A stretch of 64,000 nt of DNA from Podarcis gaigeae (Eukaryota). This document shows positions 49,842 to 61,600 of the stretch, in pieces (the stretch's first letter is position 1; the number at the start of each line of letters is the position of its first letter). The stretch lies in the NCBI GenBank assembly GCA_964106915.2, contig OZ066921.1; one strand, written 5' to 3'. The notes below the pieces were generated by a model. It was given only the letters and a program-made list of their open reading frames with translations. It was not told the DNA's origin and ran no database searches. The position numbers and the translations under genes were made by a program.

Positions 49842-50151
49842 ACACAGTAATCTTATTTTCTGTGCAAGCTGAACTGTGTGCCCAGCAAATTGCCTAAGGC
49901 TCAATGGAACTTCCTTATCTGTACTTTAAGTGCCGTGGGAGTAGTTTTTGCACACATTCTTTGCTCACAAGTCATACAAATGCCATAACCTGTGGCTAAT
50001 GCAGCAAACACCTTCCCAGCCAGGATGAATATGATTCTGCAAAGGTTGGCCATTCTATACTACTACTAAAAATCATATTCTATTAGTTTTTGTGTTGGTT
50101 TTAACGGCTTTTAGTTGTTTTTACTCTATTTTGTATGCTACCTTGCTATAT

Positions 50152-50357
50152 AGAGCTAGTGTATTTAGTCTCAGAGACCAGGGTTGAAATCCCCAGTCAC
50201 CAAGGAAGCTCAGATGGCAATCTCGAACACTCACTCTCAGCCTAACCTACTTCAGGGAGATGTTGTGAGGATAAAATTTAGAGGGGAAGAACTATGTAGA
50301 CCACCATGAGCTTGTAGAAAAATGTGGGATATAAACACACATAATAATAATAAATAA
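50152..50357 (+). mobile_element. tRNA-derived CORE-SINE (diverged)
   Basis: gggttgaaatcccc...cagcctaacctac...gggatataaa, (TAA)-like tail; weaker copies at ~45905-46150 and ~59786-59950. Confidence 0.7.
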
Positions 50358-50670
50358 CAGGAACACAATAGTAGTCATAGTAATAGTAAATGTTATCCCG
50401 TCTACCTGACTTCTCTACATAGGTAACGATACTGAAGCCACCCACACATTACAGAGAAAGGAAAGAACATGGCGTTACTGCAGGTCCTACCCTTGTTGTT
50501 GGTAAATTATTGGTAAATTATATTATTTGAGATTAAACTATCTTTATTTGTAAGTAAGCCTCTTTGAGGCTTAGGCCAGCAGTTATGCTTTAGAAACTCA
50601 GCAACACAAATACTGAGCTGAATTCCTGTATCAACACTTTAATGGTCCAGAGTACGACTACTACATAGTA

Positions 50671-50883
50671 CAGTGGTACCTTGGGTTACAACATAATTCG
50701 TTCCAGAGGTCCATTCTTAACCCAAAACCATTCTTAACCTAAGGCACGCTTTCGCTAATGGGGCCTCCCGCTGCCACTGCACAATTTCCATTCTCATCCT
50801 GGGGCAAAGTTCTCAACCTGAGGTACTACTTCCGGGTTAGTGGAGTTTGTAACCCAAAGCGTTTATAACCCGAGGTACCACTG
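50671..50883. mobile_element. Tc1/mariner MITE, subfamily A
   Basis: TA|CAGTGGTACCTTGGGTTA ... TAACCCGAGGTACCACTG|TA; collinear with 47053-47263. Confidence 0.88.
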
Positions 50884-51708
50884 TAATTAAAAGATATGTT
50901 CAGTGTACCTCGAATTCCAAATGGCGAGTGGTTTCAGACACTCAATTGGCTTTACCATTGCACCAGTACAGTTCCAACTTCGCTGCTGCCCTTCCCCACC
51001 CAGATATACAAGAACAGCACAGTTGGGAGGGAGACCCTGAAACACCACCACGCCTGCCTTTCACCCAAGATAAACATTGAATTCACTCTGTCATTTAGAG
51101 TGGAGACTATGCAGCCACCTTTCAGCAAACTAGGTAAGTTTCACAGTTGTTCCAAACTCTGGTAGATTAGCTTGCTACATGATTACCTTGCTACATGGAA
51201 ATATCCCAATCATATATCATAATTACCACAACATATTGGATCCACTAACCCAAACTTCAGGACTTATTTGGCATTTAGAGGATCCTATATTTATATCTCA
51301 AACATTGCAGTTGCTTGTGAGGCAGTGCAAACAGCAATTTAACATTGCAATGGAGGGTTTTGCCATTTGGAGAAAGCCAGAGATATTAAACATTCTTCCT
51401 CTTGTATATATTAAACATTCTTTATTCTTCCTGTTGCATATAAAAGTAGTATCTCACACACACAAAGCACAGTTCAATGGAAACATGTACATTTTTAGAC
51501 AAATGGGCCATACAGTTAAACTTTAGAAATGTTGTTCTGTAATTCTGTATAGTAACCCATCAGTTCAGGCAGCACACAATGGTGTGATTTCTACGGGCTT
51601 CAGGTAAAGTAAAAAAAACAACAACCCTAATATTGGTCTTGCAATTTGCATCACTCTCTTGATTGCTAGCCTTGGGCAAGAACACATACATGAAATATTT
51701 GATCCTAT

Positions 51709-51714
51709 TTTAAT
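51709..51714 (-). terminator. Candidate RFWD3 polyadenylation signal (ATTAAA)
   Basis: ATTAAA on the minus strand, then a CA ~18 nt downstream and GU-rich TGTATGTGTTCTTG; alternative AATAAA at 51421-51426 and 50543-50548. Confidence 0.35.
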
Positions 51715-52498
51715 TTATAGCAGAAGATGAATCACCAACAGTCCCAGCAAATGGTTTTTTTTCTGTCAATAGAGTTGGTAGAGTTCTGGAATTGCTTCAT
51801 GTTTCAACTCCCAATGATCTGTCAGGCACAGCACTCTGCCCAGTTCTCAATGGAGGTCTATAGGAAGTCTTACAGGAGCATATTTATACCTGAAGTTGCC
51901 CATTCTTCATCAGGCCACAATTATATTTTCTTATTCACAATGTATTTTAGCAGCCAATTTCACCGCCACCTTTTACCAAGCCCAGTCATGGTCCAGAGAT
52001 ATAACTTGAACAGCTCACTTCAGACAAGGTCCCATCTTCTTTATGAGATGGGCTGAAACAGAAATTTAAGCAGTCTTCTACCAAAGGAGTATTGCCCATG
52101 TCACAAGCCTCCAAAATCACAAGAAGAGCAGAGATCATGATCTTCATCCAAGGTCAATGGTAAATTTCCAGGAAATATAAACTGGCAGCCAATTTTTTTC
52201 TCAGAAGGGCCCCGTAATCTGCTTAGGCAGTAAAGCCAGAAAAGCACACGGTCCACAATAAGGTAAAAGTGGTTTCCTTTAAGATGAGGTGGAAACAAAA
52301 ATCCACCTCATCTTAAAAAGGAACAAATGTGTGGGCTGGGCATGGGAGAGAGCTGTTCTAAGGAGCAAGATTTTGCTTGTGCAGCAATGTTGGCAGGGTG
52401 CACTCAAGGCAGCTAGAATCCAGTTAGCAGCAGAGCTGGCTTGTGGGAAATTGGCTCAGTTCAGAGAGTAGCTCATTGGGGCAGCATGCAGCAGACAG

Positions 52499-52642
52499 TC
52501 ATTGCCACTTGTAGATCTTCACCATCTTTTCTGTCAAAGTAGCCAAGAAGCTGTTGCGGTTCACCTCATAAGGGCAGACATCTAACACAGGAAGGTCAGC
52601 AGGAAGTTTCTGCAGCAGGGAGCCACTCCCTGCATCCCAGAG
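52499..52642 (-). CDS. RFWD3: RFWD3 last coding exon
   Basis: [47 protein letters not shown]; TGA at 52501-52499. Confidence 0.96.
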   Translation of the reverse strand, partial: LWDAGSGSLLQKLPADLPVLDVCPYEVNRNSFLATLTEKMVKIYKWQ

Positions 52643-55600
52643 CTGCAGGATAAACAAATAGAGTCACAGCTTATCAGGAATCCTGTTGCATAAAAATACA
52701 ACTCTAGCTGTTACTAGTTGGGATGTAGCAAGGAGACCAGTTACAAAAGTATTGAACTGTTACTTTCCCATACATTGGCAAGCAGCCAAACATCACCACA
52801 CATTTTGGGTGGATTCAGAGTGAGCAAGTGATTCGTGGTGTAATGCTGAGGACATCCCTCTTTGGCGCTCCCTGTGTACAAGGAGGAGTGGTTGCAGCCC
52901 TGGCACAGAAAACATGCATGTCCATACCCAGAGTCAAGCCTCAAGGAAAGTGAGAAGAGGGAGGACAAGAGAGCCCCATGTCCATATAATGGAAATGGCT
53001 CCAAAGAGGCAGATACAGGTTCTACCAGTGTCTCAAAACAGAATTTTCACTAGAACAAGGGCTCAAGTCTTTTCTCAATGACCAACCCGGCATTAAGCTC
53101 TTTGAAGCTACATAGCCTTAAAAACATAGGAAAACAATTACTCAAGTACCCTAACCACCACCAAAGCTTCCAGCATTTTAGACTATTAACACAGAGCAGA
53201 ACACAACGTCCTACTCCTACAACAAAGAACAAAAAAATGGTACCATGGCAGAGTTTGATGCTTCATCGCCAGCACACACAAGAATACTACCATCATCTTC
53301 AGGACTCTGGAAGATGGCATTTTTGGTCAGGAGTTTGCACGATGGACCTGCAGTAAGAGTTTGAACTGGACGACATGAACAGATCACATCCTCAGTCCCA
53401 TCAGTCAGCTGAGTAGAGGTCAGCTCCATCACCACACACCGTAAACAGTTATTGTTTCTATCTGTGGGATGAAAGTGAAGAGCTTTCCAGGGGACAGGTA
53501 GGTATCAAGGTATCATAGGAAGGTATCAAGACAAAACACTGTACTCTGGTTTAAGTGCAGCCCAGAGGCCACTGCCTGACCGCTTCACTCACCGCTCATG
53601 GCAACTACCCCATTTCCTTAGGATACTACTCACTCACAATCCCTTCCTTGCATGTCATCCCACGGAAGCAGGAGGGCTCATACTGCACAGAAGGTCCCTC
53701 TTGGGAGCTGCAAAGTTCTAGGGAGGGATAGACTCCTGAAGTAGTTGGCACTTACCCTTCACCGGGGTGGAAATAATGCCTCCCATAAAAGATCCATATT
53801 GTATTTGGGGATAGGAGACTGCACCCTCTGTGCCCCATCATCTTGAAAAGATTTGGGGAGACTGGGGTACAGAATAACTGGTGCAGCACTTTAGATGCAG
53901 GCCAGAGGTATCCTCTTCTCTTTTAATGTGTGTGCAAGAGACGCCAACAACAAATATGGTAAGTGGTTTCTGTCCACACAGTTGTAACTGTGTCCACATT
54001 TAGGGTGAAAGGAATCCCAACACTGCATAAAAATAGCCCTGCCCTGATGTCTACACATCACAACTTACTGGGTCTGAATGTTGCAAGGCAGTGCCGTGTG
54101 CTGGCCTCTGTCTGAAGGTCAATGCAACCTCCAGGCTCCAGAAGGAGGTGGTGAGGCCGGTAAGAGCCACTGGCCTTCTGTTCCCAAAAGCAGGCTCCCT
54201 CCAGTGTCCCAGATACCAGTCCACCATAGGGCAGTGAGGCAGAGGCCATTCGGGGAAGATACGATAAGGATACCACAGGGCACCTGTGAGGGACAGAGGA
54301 AAGAGCAATAACCAACAATGTCAAACCATTCCACTTTCCCTACCCATTTACTGTTGTGAATCTGAATGAGCATGAGTAAGGAAGGATTTCAAAGAGAACT
54401 GGAGAATCACTCTCACTTCTACATACCACTGGCCAAAAGAACTGGTGCTATGACTGAAATCCTATTAATATTTACCTCTGAGCAAGCACCACTGAACACT
54501 GCACAATTGACTTCTGAGTAAGAAACAAACTGAGCTCCATATCACCATGACTGTTCACAACCCCAGAAAAGAACAAGGTAGAAGTCAATCACTGCAAGCA
54601 ACATTGCAAGTATGACAATCTCTCCAGGGCTTACCTCACCCAATGTTCATTCCTATTCCTCATCCACAGAACTGATTGAAAAATACACATTCTGAGAAGT
54701 CTTAGTGCAATGCATTAAGGACTGGAAATGGGTCCCAGACAAGTTTATCAAGCTAAACCTCTGCCATTACGCCATTCTCAAAGGTCTTCATTCTGGGTTA
54801 CAGTGGGGAGGTAACCAGCAACCAGAGTAAAAGGTAGTGTTCCTCAAATTCTGTGCCAGGAAAGATATACCAGTAACACTTGGTGTGAAAATTGTAAAGT
54901 TCTACAAGCACTGATCATCCTTCATCTGCTTCAAAGTCCTCTACAGTCTTAATTCATATGTTCAAAGGACAACCTAACTGTATAAAGCAGGAAAGCGATA
55001 CCTGGATTTCTGTGGAGCAAGCTCCTGGACATGAGAGCTTGTGTCCCTCAGGTCATACACCAAGACAGAGCCATTGACCAAGCCAGCATAGACATAGTTG
55101 GTGTCATCCAGGCACCAGCTGCAGCTCCAGACAGGTCGACCAGTATTGTATGTCTGCACAACGGTGTTTGTAGTCAAGCTGAGGGAAAGTTAGCAGAGCT
55201 TTACATATCAAAGCGGTCTCCCATTGAGGACCTTGGCACTTCTGCACATGGCCCACGCTATCCAGCAAATACCCAGTTGTGGGCAGAACAGCACAGTTCA
55301 GACAAAGCTGCTCTGCAGGAGCCAGGCAATATTTCCAAAATAAGATCCTAACACAATCTCCTGGACCACAGAGAAAGGAAGCAGGCATCATAACCATCAC
55401 TACTCACCTGGTAAGCTTGAGGGTATGGTCTAAAGCAGCAGATAAGAGCAAGCCATCTGCACGGTTGCTGAAAGCCAAGCCCCGGATCTGCTTGCTGTGG
55501 ATGGGGACATATTGGCTGCTCTTTGAGTTGACAGCACTCATCATCTTAATTCCACAGCCTGAGACACAAAGCAAACTGATCAGCAGAAAGCCCACCCTGC

Positions 55601-58600
55601 TAGAGTCCAAATGCTGCAATGTCTGTCCTCTTGATTGACCAAGGCAGTGAAAAAACCATTACCATCATAAAACTTAGGGACTTGCTTCAGCAGGCAACTC
55701 ACCAGGAATGAGGGTGCTTTGTGGAGATGGCTGTGACACTACAAGGCAGCTCAGTGGGTCGCAGTATGCCATAACCCGGCAGTTGCCCACCTGAGACACT
55801 AGGGTGGCCCTCTCAAAGTGGTACTTGTGCTGGCCCTGGCTGGAGGAGAGGCAGCCTGGAAAGCATGAGCGAGAGTTGCTGGGCTGCTGAGAGGATAGGG
55901 TGTTGTGGCGAGCCATCAGGGCCTTTAATTCCTATAGAATGGAAAGCAGGAAAAATGAGGCAAAGAAAGTACGGTATGTGTGGAGCCGAGAGCACTGGAT
56001 GTTTCCACAGGCAGAACAGTAGTAAAAGTCATGAACAACTTGTTCAGGGTTGTTGTTTCTTTACTGCTTTTGTATACAACTTGGCTATTTTTTGCATGTA
56101 GAGTGGTTTATAAATTCTGAAACAAAAACTTTGTCACAGAAAAGAAATACACCAAATGCAAAAGCCCTTCAACCATCTCATCCCCCAGCTAAAATATAGC
56201 TGGGATATCCTACCCTTCAACTTGCCACTTTTCATTCTGCAAGGTGGTTCCTTAGCTGAGCTTGCCTTAGTTTTTTCACTATTTCCTGCAAGATACAATT
56301 TCTATTCCTTCCTGTGTCTGTTTCCTCTCCATGTATTGATGTGATGAGTGTCTGGAAGATGCAGGCTGGGACAAAGAAGAGCGCTGTCTCAGAACTGTTT
56401 TGAGAGGTTGTCTCTGGGGGTATGGCAGGGGATGTCTTGTGTGGGTCCCCATTCAGATTTTTTTGTGCTCTGGAATACTGCTCTGGAAGTTTTCTGAGTT
56501 ATATAAATTCACTGAGGGTATATAAAATTTACCAGATTAGAGTTTTGATTTGGAATGTTTTTGTGACTCCTTTCCCCAGATCACAAGCTTTGACATACAA
56601 ACTCAAAGCAAGGAATGAAACTGGGCCAGGGTGACGACCTGGGCCCCAGATTTTGGGTGCCCAATGGCACCCATGATGTAACATTACACCATGATGTCAT
56701 GTTACATCAGCAGAACGTTTCTACCAGAAATCACGTTTGGAAGCCTGGCAGGGCCTCGCACGTCACCTCAGAGATTGCACTGGAACCCCACGGTGTGGAT
56801 GCTAAGCACCCACAAAAAGTTGTGGGTGCCGTGCCACCCAGGGCCCCCTAGAGTTGGGGTCAGTGAACTGGGGTGTCCTATTATCTTGTCCATCATTAGC
56901 AGAGAGTGAAAGAAAAGGCCATGAAGATAGCACATTTCATTTTCTTGTACATGGGAAGGGGATTTAGAAGGTTCTGCATGAACAGGATACAGCTAAACCT
57001 ACCTGAACTTGCTGCCGAAGTTTACTGCATTCATCTGTCAAGACCTGCAGCTGGAGGCGGCTCTGTGCGGATTCCAGCTCTGCCTTCCTTCGTAGCATTT
57101 GCTCCTTCTCTAAAGAGCTGCAGGAGGAAAGTACAACAGATGCAATTAAGGAAGCTCATGAGCCAACCCATCTCTCTCCCACTGATGAGAAGAATTCGTT
57201 TTCTGTTCCATTTTCCTGCCACCCAAAAACTTTTAGAGACATAATAACAGTCTCTTGAATTTAGACAGAGACATTTAAATAGTAATACTTCAATTTCAGA
57301 ATAACCATGAGAGATTCAATAGAAAATGCATCTCATTTTATCTTAAATATATATACTAGAAAAAAAAAGTTACAGAAGCAGGCATATATCTTCACAGGGA
57401 CATCCAAACACAGGGACATCCAAACACTGTACCTATCATACCTACCTAATACAAGTGTAACAAAGCAAGGTCTTGAACTAAAGCCTAGGGTTAGGACACA
57501 AGTATCTTCTCCAATCACACAGATGCTCATCTGACTCAGCTGAGGCATAGTGACAGTTTGCCAAGACAGGTGTTTATGCCAGGTACTGCTACCCTCAAAC
57601 TTATAGGAGGAAAGTTGTGAGTATATACCTTTTCATGTGTTCCTGTTCACTGGTGTCCAGCGCTTTCAGGGTACGTGCATAAAGGACTACTATATCCGAG
57701 CGCTTGGCTTTCTTATTACACTAAAAAATGAAAAAATGTGAACATAAGCCAATTTATTGGTTATGAAGGACATTTACCATGCTGCTATTAATTTCTCATG
57801 ACTGCTACACAAACCAAGTGGTGATACTGCTTTTCAAATAGATCTCTTTGCAAAAGCAGGGATGAATGCACAGTGTTGGCTTGCTGAGAGACTCCCCTTA
57901 TCTCAAGTAATTCTCCAGAACAATCAGTGGGACTCCCCCAAACATGCAAAAGTGACCTGCTCAACATCATGCCCAAGCATCTCTTCTCAAAGTTTCCTTG
58001 TGCCGACAGGTAGTCTTGTTGACCTGACTGATCCCAGGCAAAATCCTGAACTTAGCCAACAAAGCAAAGACAACTACTTAAAAAGGTAAACAGCACCTTA
58101 CTACCCCCCCTCAAAAATCCCATTGTCTCAGGTGGAAGTTCTACCACTGCTCTGTCACCAAATATGATGTACAGCAGCTGCTGCCAACTTGGTGTCCTCC
58201 AGAAGTTTTGGATTACATAACTTCATTCAGACTTAACCAGCACATCTGTGCTAGCTGGCACTGATAGGGGATTTGCAGTCCAAAACATATGGAGGGCAGT
58301 AAGTTGCCAAATGCTGATAAAATACTCATCTCACAGGAAGAGTTTGACCAAAGGGAAGGACAACTTGTTGCAACTCCTAGAGCCCAGATTTGAGGAGTCC
58401 TGCTGTGCTCAACGCTGGCTAAAGTGCTGTGCCACTAAAGTGTTTGAGTGCCAAAACAAGGAAGAAGGCATCCAAAAAATGGAACACAGCTCAGGGGAGT
58501 GCAAAGAAAAACACAAGAAGGTCTACAGAAGGCAAGCCAAAAGAGGAAGAGCTTACAGGAAGATGGCATGGAAAGTAATGCAGAAAGGGAGAATTGAAAA

Positions 58601-61600
58601 AAGGAAAATAATGTGGAGATAACTGTTGCCCACAAATTTTACCAAGGACAGGAAAAGAATAAATGGGTTTCAAAGAGGAAGATTTAGGTTACGCATCAGA
58701 CAGAAGAAACAAAAGCTTTTACCTGTGGGCATTTGCCCACTTGTCCCTTCAGCCACCTCTCAATGCAGCTATAGCCAAAGAGATGACCACACCGCAGTGC
58801 AGAAAGACGGTGCTCCCCAGCATTTGTCCACTCTTCAAAGCAGATGGCACAGGTATCTCCACTCTCCTCTTCCTCACCCAGAGGAGCCAGAGGAGCCGCT
58901 AGGTGAGTTCTCTTTAATGGAGTTGTCTGAAACAAGAGAACATGGAAAAGGTCAAGCAAATGCAATCTTGGTTTATCTTAATTGGCTGCACACCCTCCAT
59001 AGCACACACCAAATCATTCGTACCTTCTTCTGGAGGGCAGTGGCACCTCTAGCATCAGGATGCTCTGGCCCAACAGAATCCCCTCCAGAAGGCTCCATTT
59101 GGGTTGCATCAGAAACTGCAGGGGAGAAACAAAGGAATAATTAATATAGGAAGAGATGGGGACAGGTTGTAATTAGTGTCACATAAACAAAAACTCAGTA
59201 ACAAATTGTTAGCATTTAAAAGGGAAGTTCAAAGTGACTGAACACAAAGCCACTGCTGTCTAAGAAAAAAAGAGAAAAGAGAGCAGCTTTTTCACCAAGA
59301 TAATCCTTCAAACTATGTTAACAGGAGGCAATTAAAAAAAAAATAACTTGTAAGAAAATAGTAAAATAACTCAGCCAGCAAGACACCCTCTGCAAATTCC
59401 AATGGTGGCTTCCCAGCACAATCCCCTTCCACCTATGTTCACAACTGGTTTGCTTCAACCTTCCTTTCTTCCCTCATTTCCCAAGATGCCCCACCTTTGT
59501 TCCTGCATTTTTACTATCCTCATCTGCTCTTTTTAAATACCGGTAACCTCCAACCTTCTCTTGCTGTTCAGAAAAGGGAATACAATGCACAAATAAAATG
59601 TATATGGTACCTGAATCTCCCCTATAAACCCCTTCTCAAAATTCCTCTGTGAAACCCTTTTTGTGTATGTGTGAAATAAAATAATAATAAGCATGCCTAT
59701 TTGCATAACAGAACCTCAGTTTGACATTTAACAAGGTTTATACAAAGATCAGAAAACAGCTTTCAATTATTCAAAGACAGCAGGATACAGTGGCAAAGTC
59801 TGGCCTTGGTTCAAGTCTCTGCAGTCATGAAATAAATGGTATGGTCAGGCCCAAGTCATCTTCTCCCAACCTAGCCTACCTCTCAGAGTTGTTATGAAAA
59901 TTCAATTGTCATACCCTTTGAAGTAAGCTGCCCTAAGCAGAAGGTAATGAATACAGTCATAGCTCGGGTTGCAAACGTGATCTGTGCGGGAGGCACATTC
60001 GCAACCTGCAGCGCCGTATGTACACAGGCGCATGACGTGATTCGGCACTTCTGCACATGACGTCATTTTATGCTTCTGTGCATGCGCAAGTGCCGAAACC
60101 TGGAAGTAACCCGTTCTGGTACTTCCGGGTTTGATGTGGCCCGCAACCCGAAAACGCACAACCCGCAGCGTTCACAATCCGAGGTATGACTGTAAACAAA
60201 TAGATGGTTGTGGTCAAAGGTAGGCAATGCATCACGAGCCATTTCTGAAGTTTTAGGCCCCTTTAAAGAACCAATACAAACCTCCCAAGTTGGCTGGCCC
60301 AGATGCCTCCTCAAGGGCACCCACTGTCTCCTCTTCCTCCTCAGTGGAGCTGCTGCTGCTGTTACTCTCAGAATCACTTAGAACCACAGTTTCATCTGAG
60401 CTGTTCCCACTGTGACCTGCTAGGATGTGTGATGCTGCTGTCGCTTGTGTCCTGTTGATCTGGAAATAACTGTCTAATGGTGCTGTGGACCTGAACATCC
60501 AAAGCATAAATTTCCATTAGAAAATGTAAGATGGAAAGAAGAACATGACCCACCCATTTCCAAGCCACAAAGTTCAATAATTTACACATCTCTCTTTCCC
60601 CCTCTGCCTCAGAAGCCACAACTTTTCATTAGATTCTAAACCAACTTTTCATAATGTGCTACCTTCCATCAACATTAACATTGCTCTGTAAGTTGAGCTA
60701 GCAACTCTGTAGCCAAGCGTAGCTCAACAAATTCCTACAACAAATGCTCATCCTTCCACCCAATTCTGTGAAGTGCATCTTCTCTCCCTCAACTATCTCC
60801 CATCCCAGCAGGTCCTTGTACAAAATGGGCATTTGGGTTTGCTTCCCCATCCCTTTCTTTTTGGTGCTAAGTCTTTAGATGGTAAATTATGAGGGCAGGG
60901 GCTGGAGTTTTGTTTTTTTAACTGAAAGTTACTCTGAGAGCTGGGTAGAGAACACATGAAACAAGCAAATTACTCTGTAGGCAAAACACAAGCTCCACCA
61001 CCAAACTAAAGCCCCACGCCTATCACATGAGTTTATCTAGAAGCCAGCTTACAAATATCAGCTGTCTCCAGGATCTGCTTCCCTCATGATCCCCCCCAAC
61101 AGGAACCTCCTTGGAAGATCAACCCTCCCGCTGACAGATGCTCACCTCACACACACCCAGGATCCACCTCTCTCATTCACTCTGTCAGGGACCAACTTTG
61201 CAGGATCTGACCCCCCACTCGAACAGGCCCCCATCTGCAGTATCCATTCCTCACAGGCAGCAGCTTCTCTTCACAAACACTCAATATCCCCTTCTCTGGG
61301 TCTGAGAAGCCCGCTTCCCCCACTGCAACATTGACCCCCAATAGGAGCCAACAGTGCGTACCAAGGATTCAACCCCACCTGGTACCTCCTTTCTAAACCT
61401 TTCAGAAGTCTACTTATTTTATATAGCTGCCCCATAGCAGGAGGACTCAAGGAAGCCAGTGTGGTTAGAGTGTTGGACTAAGACATGGGAGATCAAGGTT
61501 CAAATCCCCACTCAGTCATGAAGCTCACTGGGTGACCTTGGGCCAGTCACAGCCTCTTAACCTACCTCACAGGGTCACTGTAGGAGAGGGGTGAACCATG

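Noticed and set aside
58626-59144. 172-aa plus-strand ORF
   Set aside because: Antisense shadow of RFWD3 coding exons 3-4.
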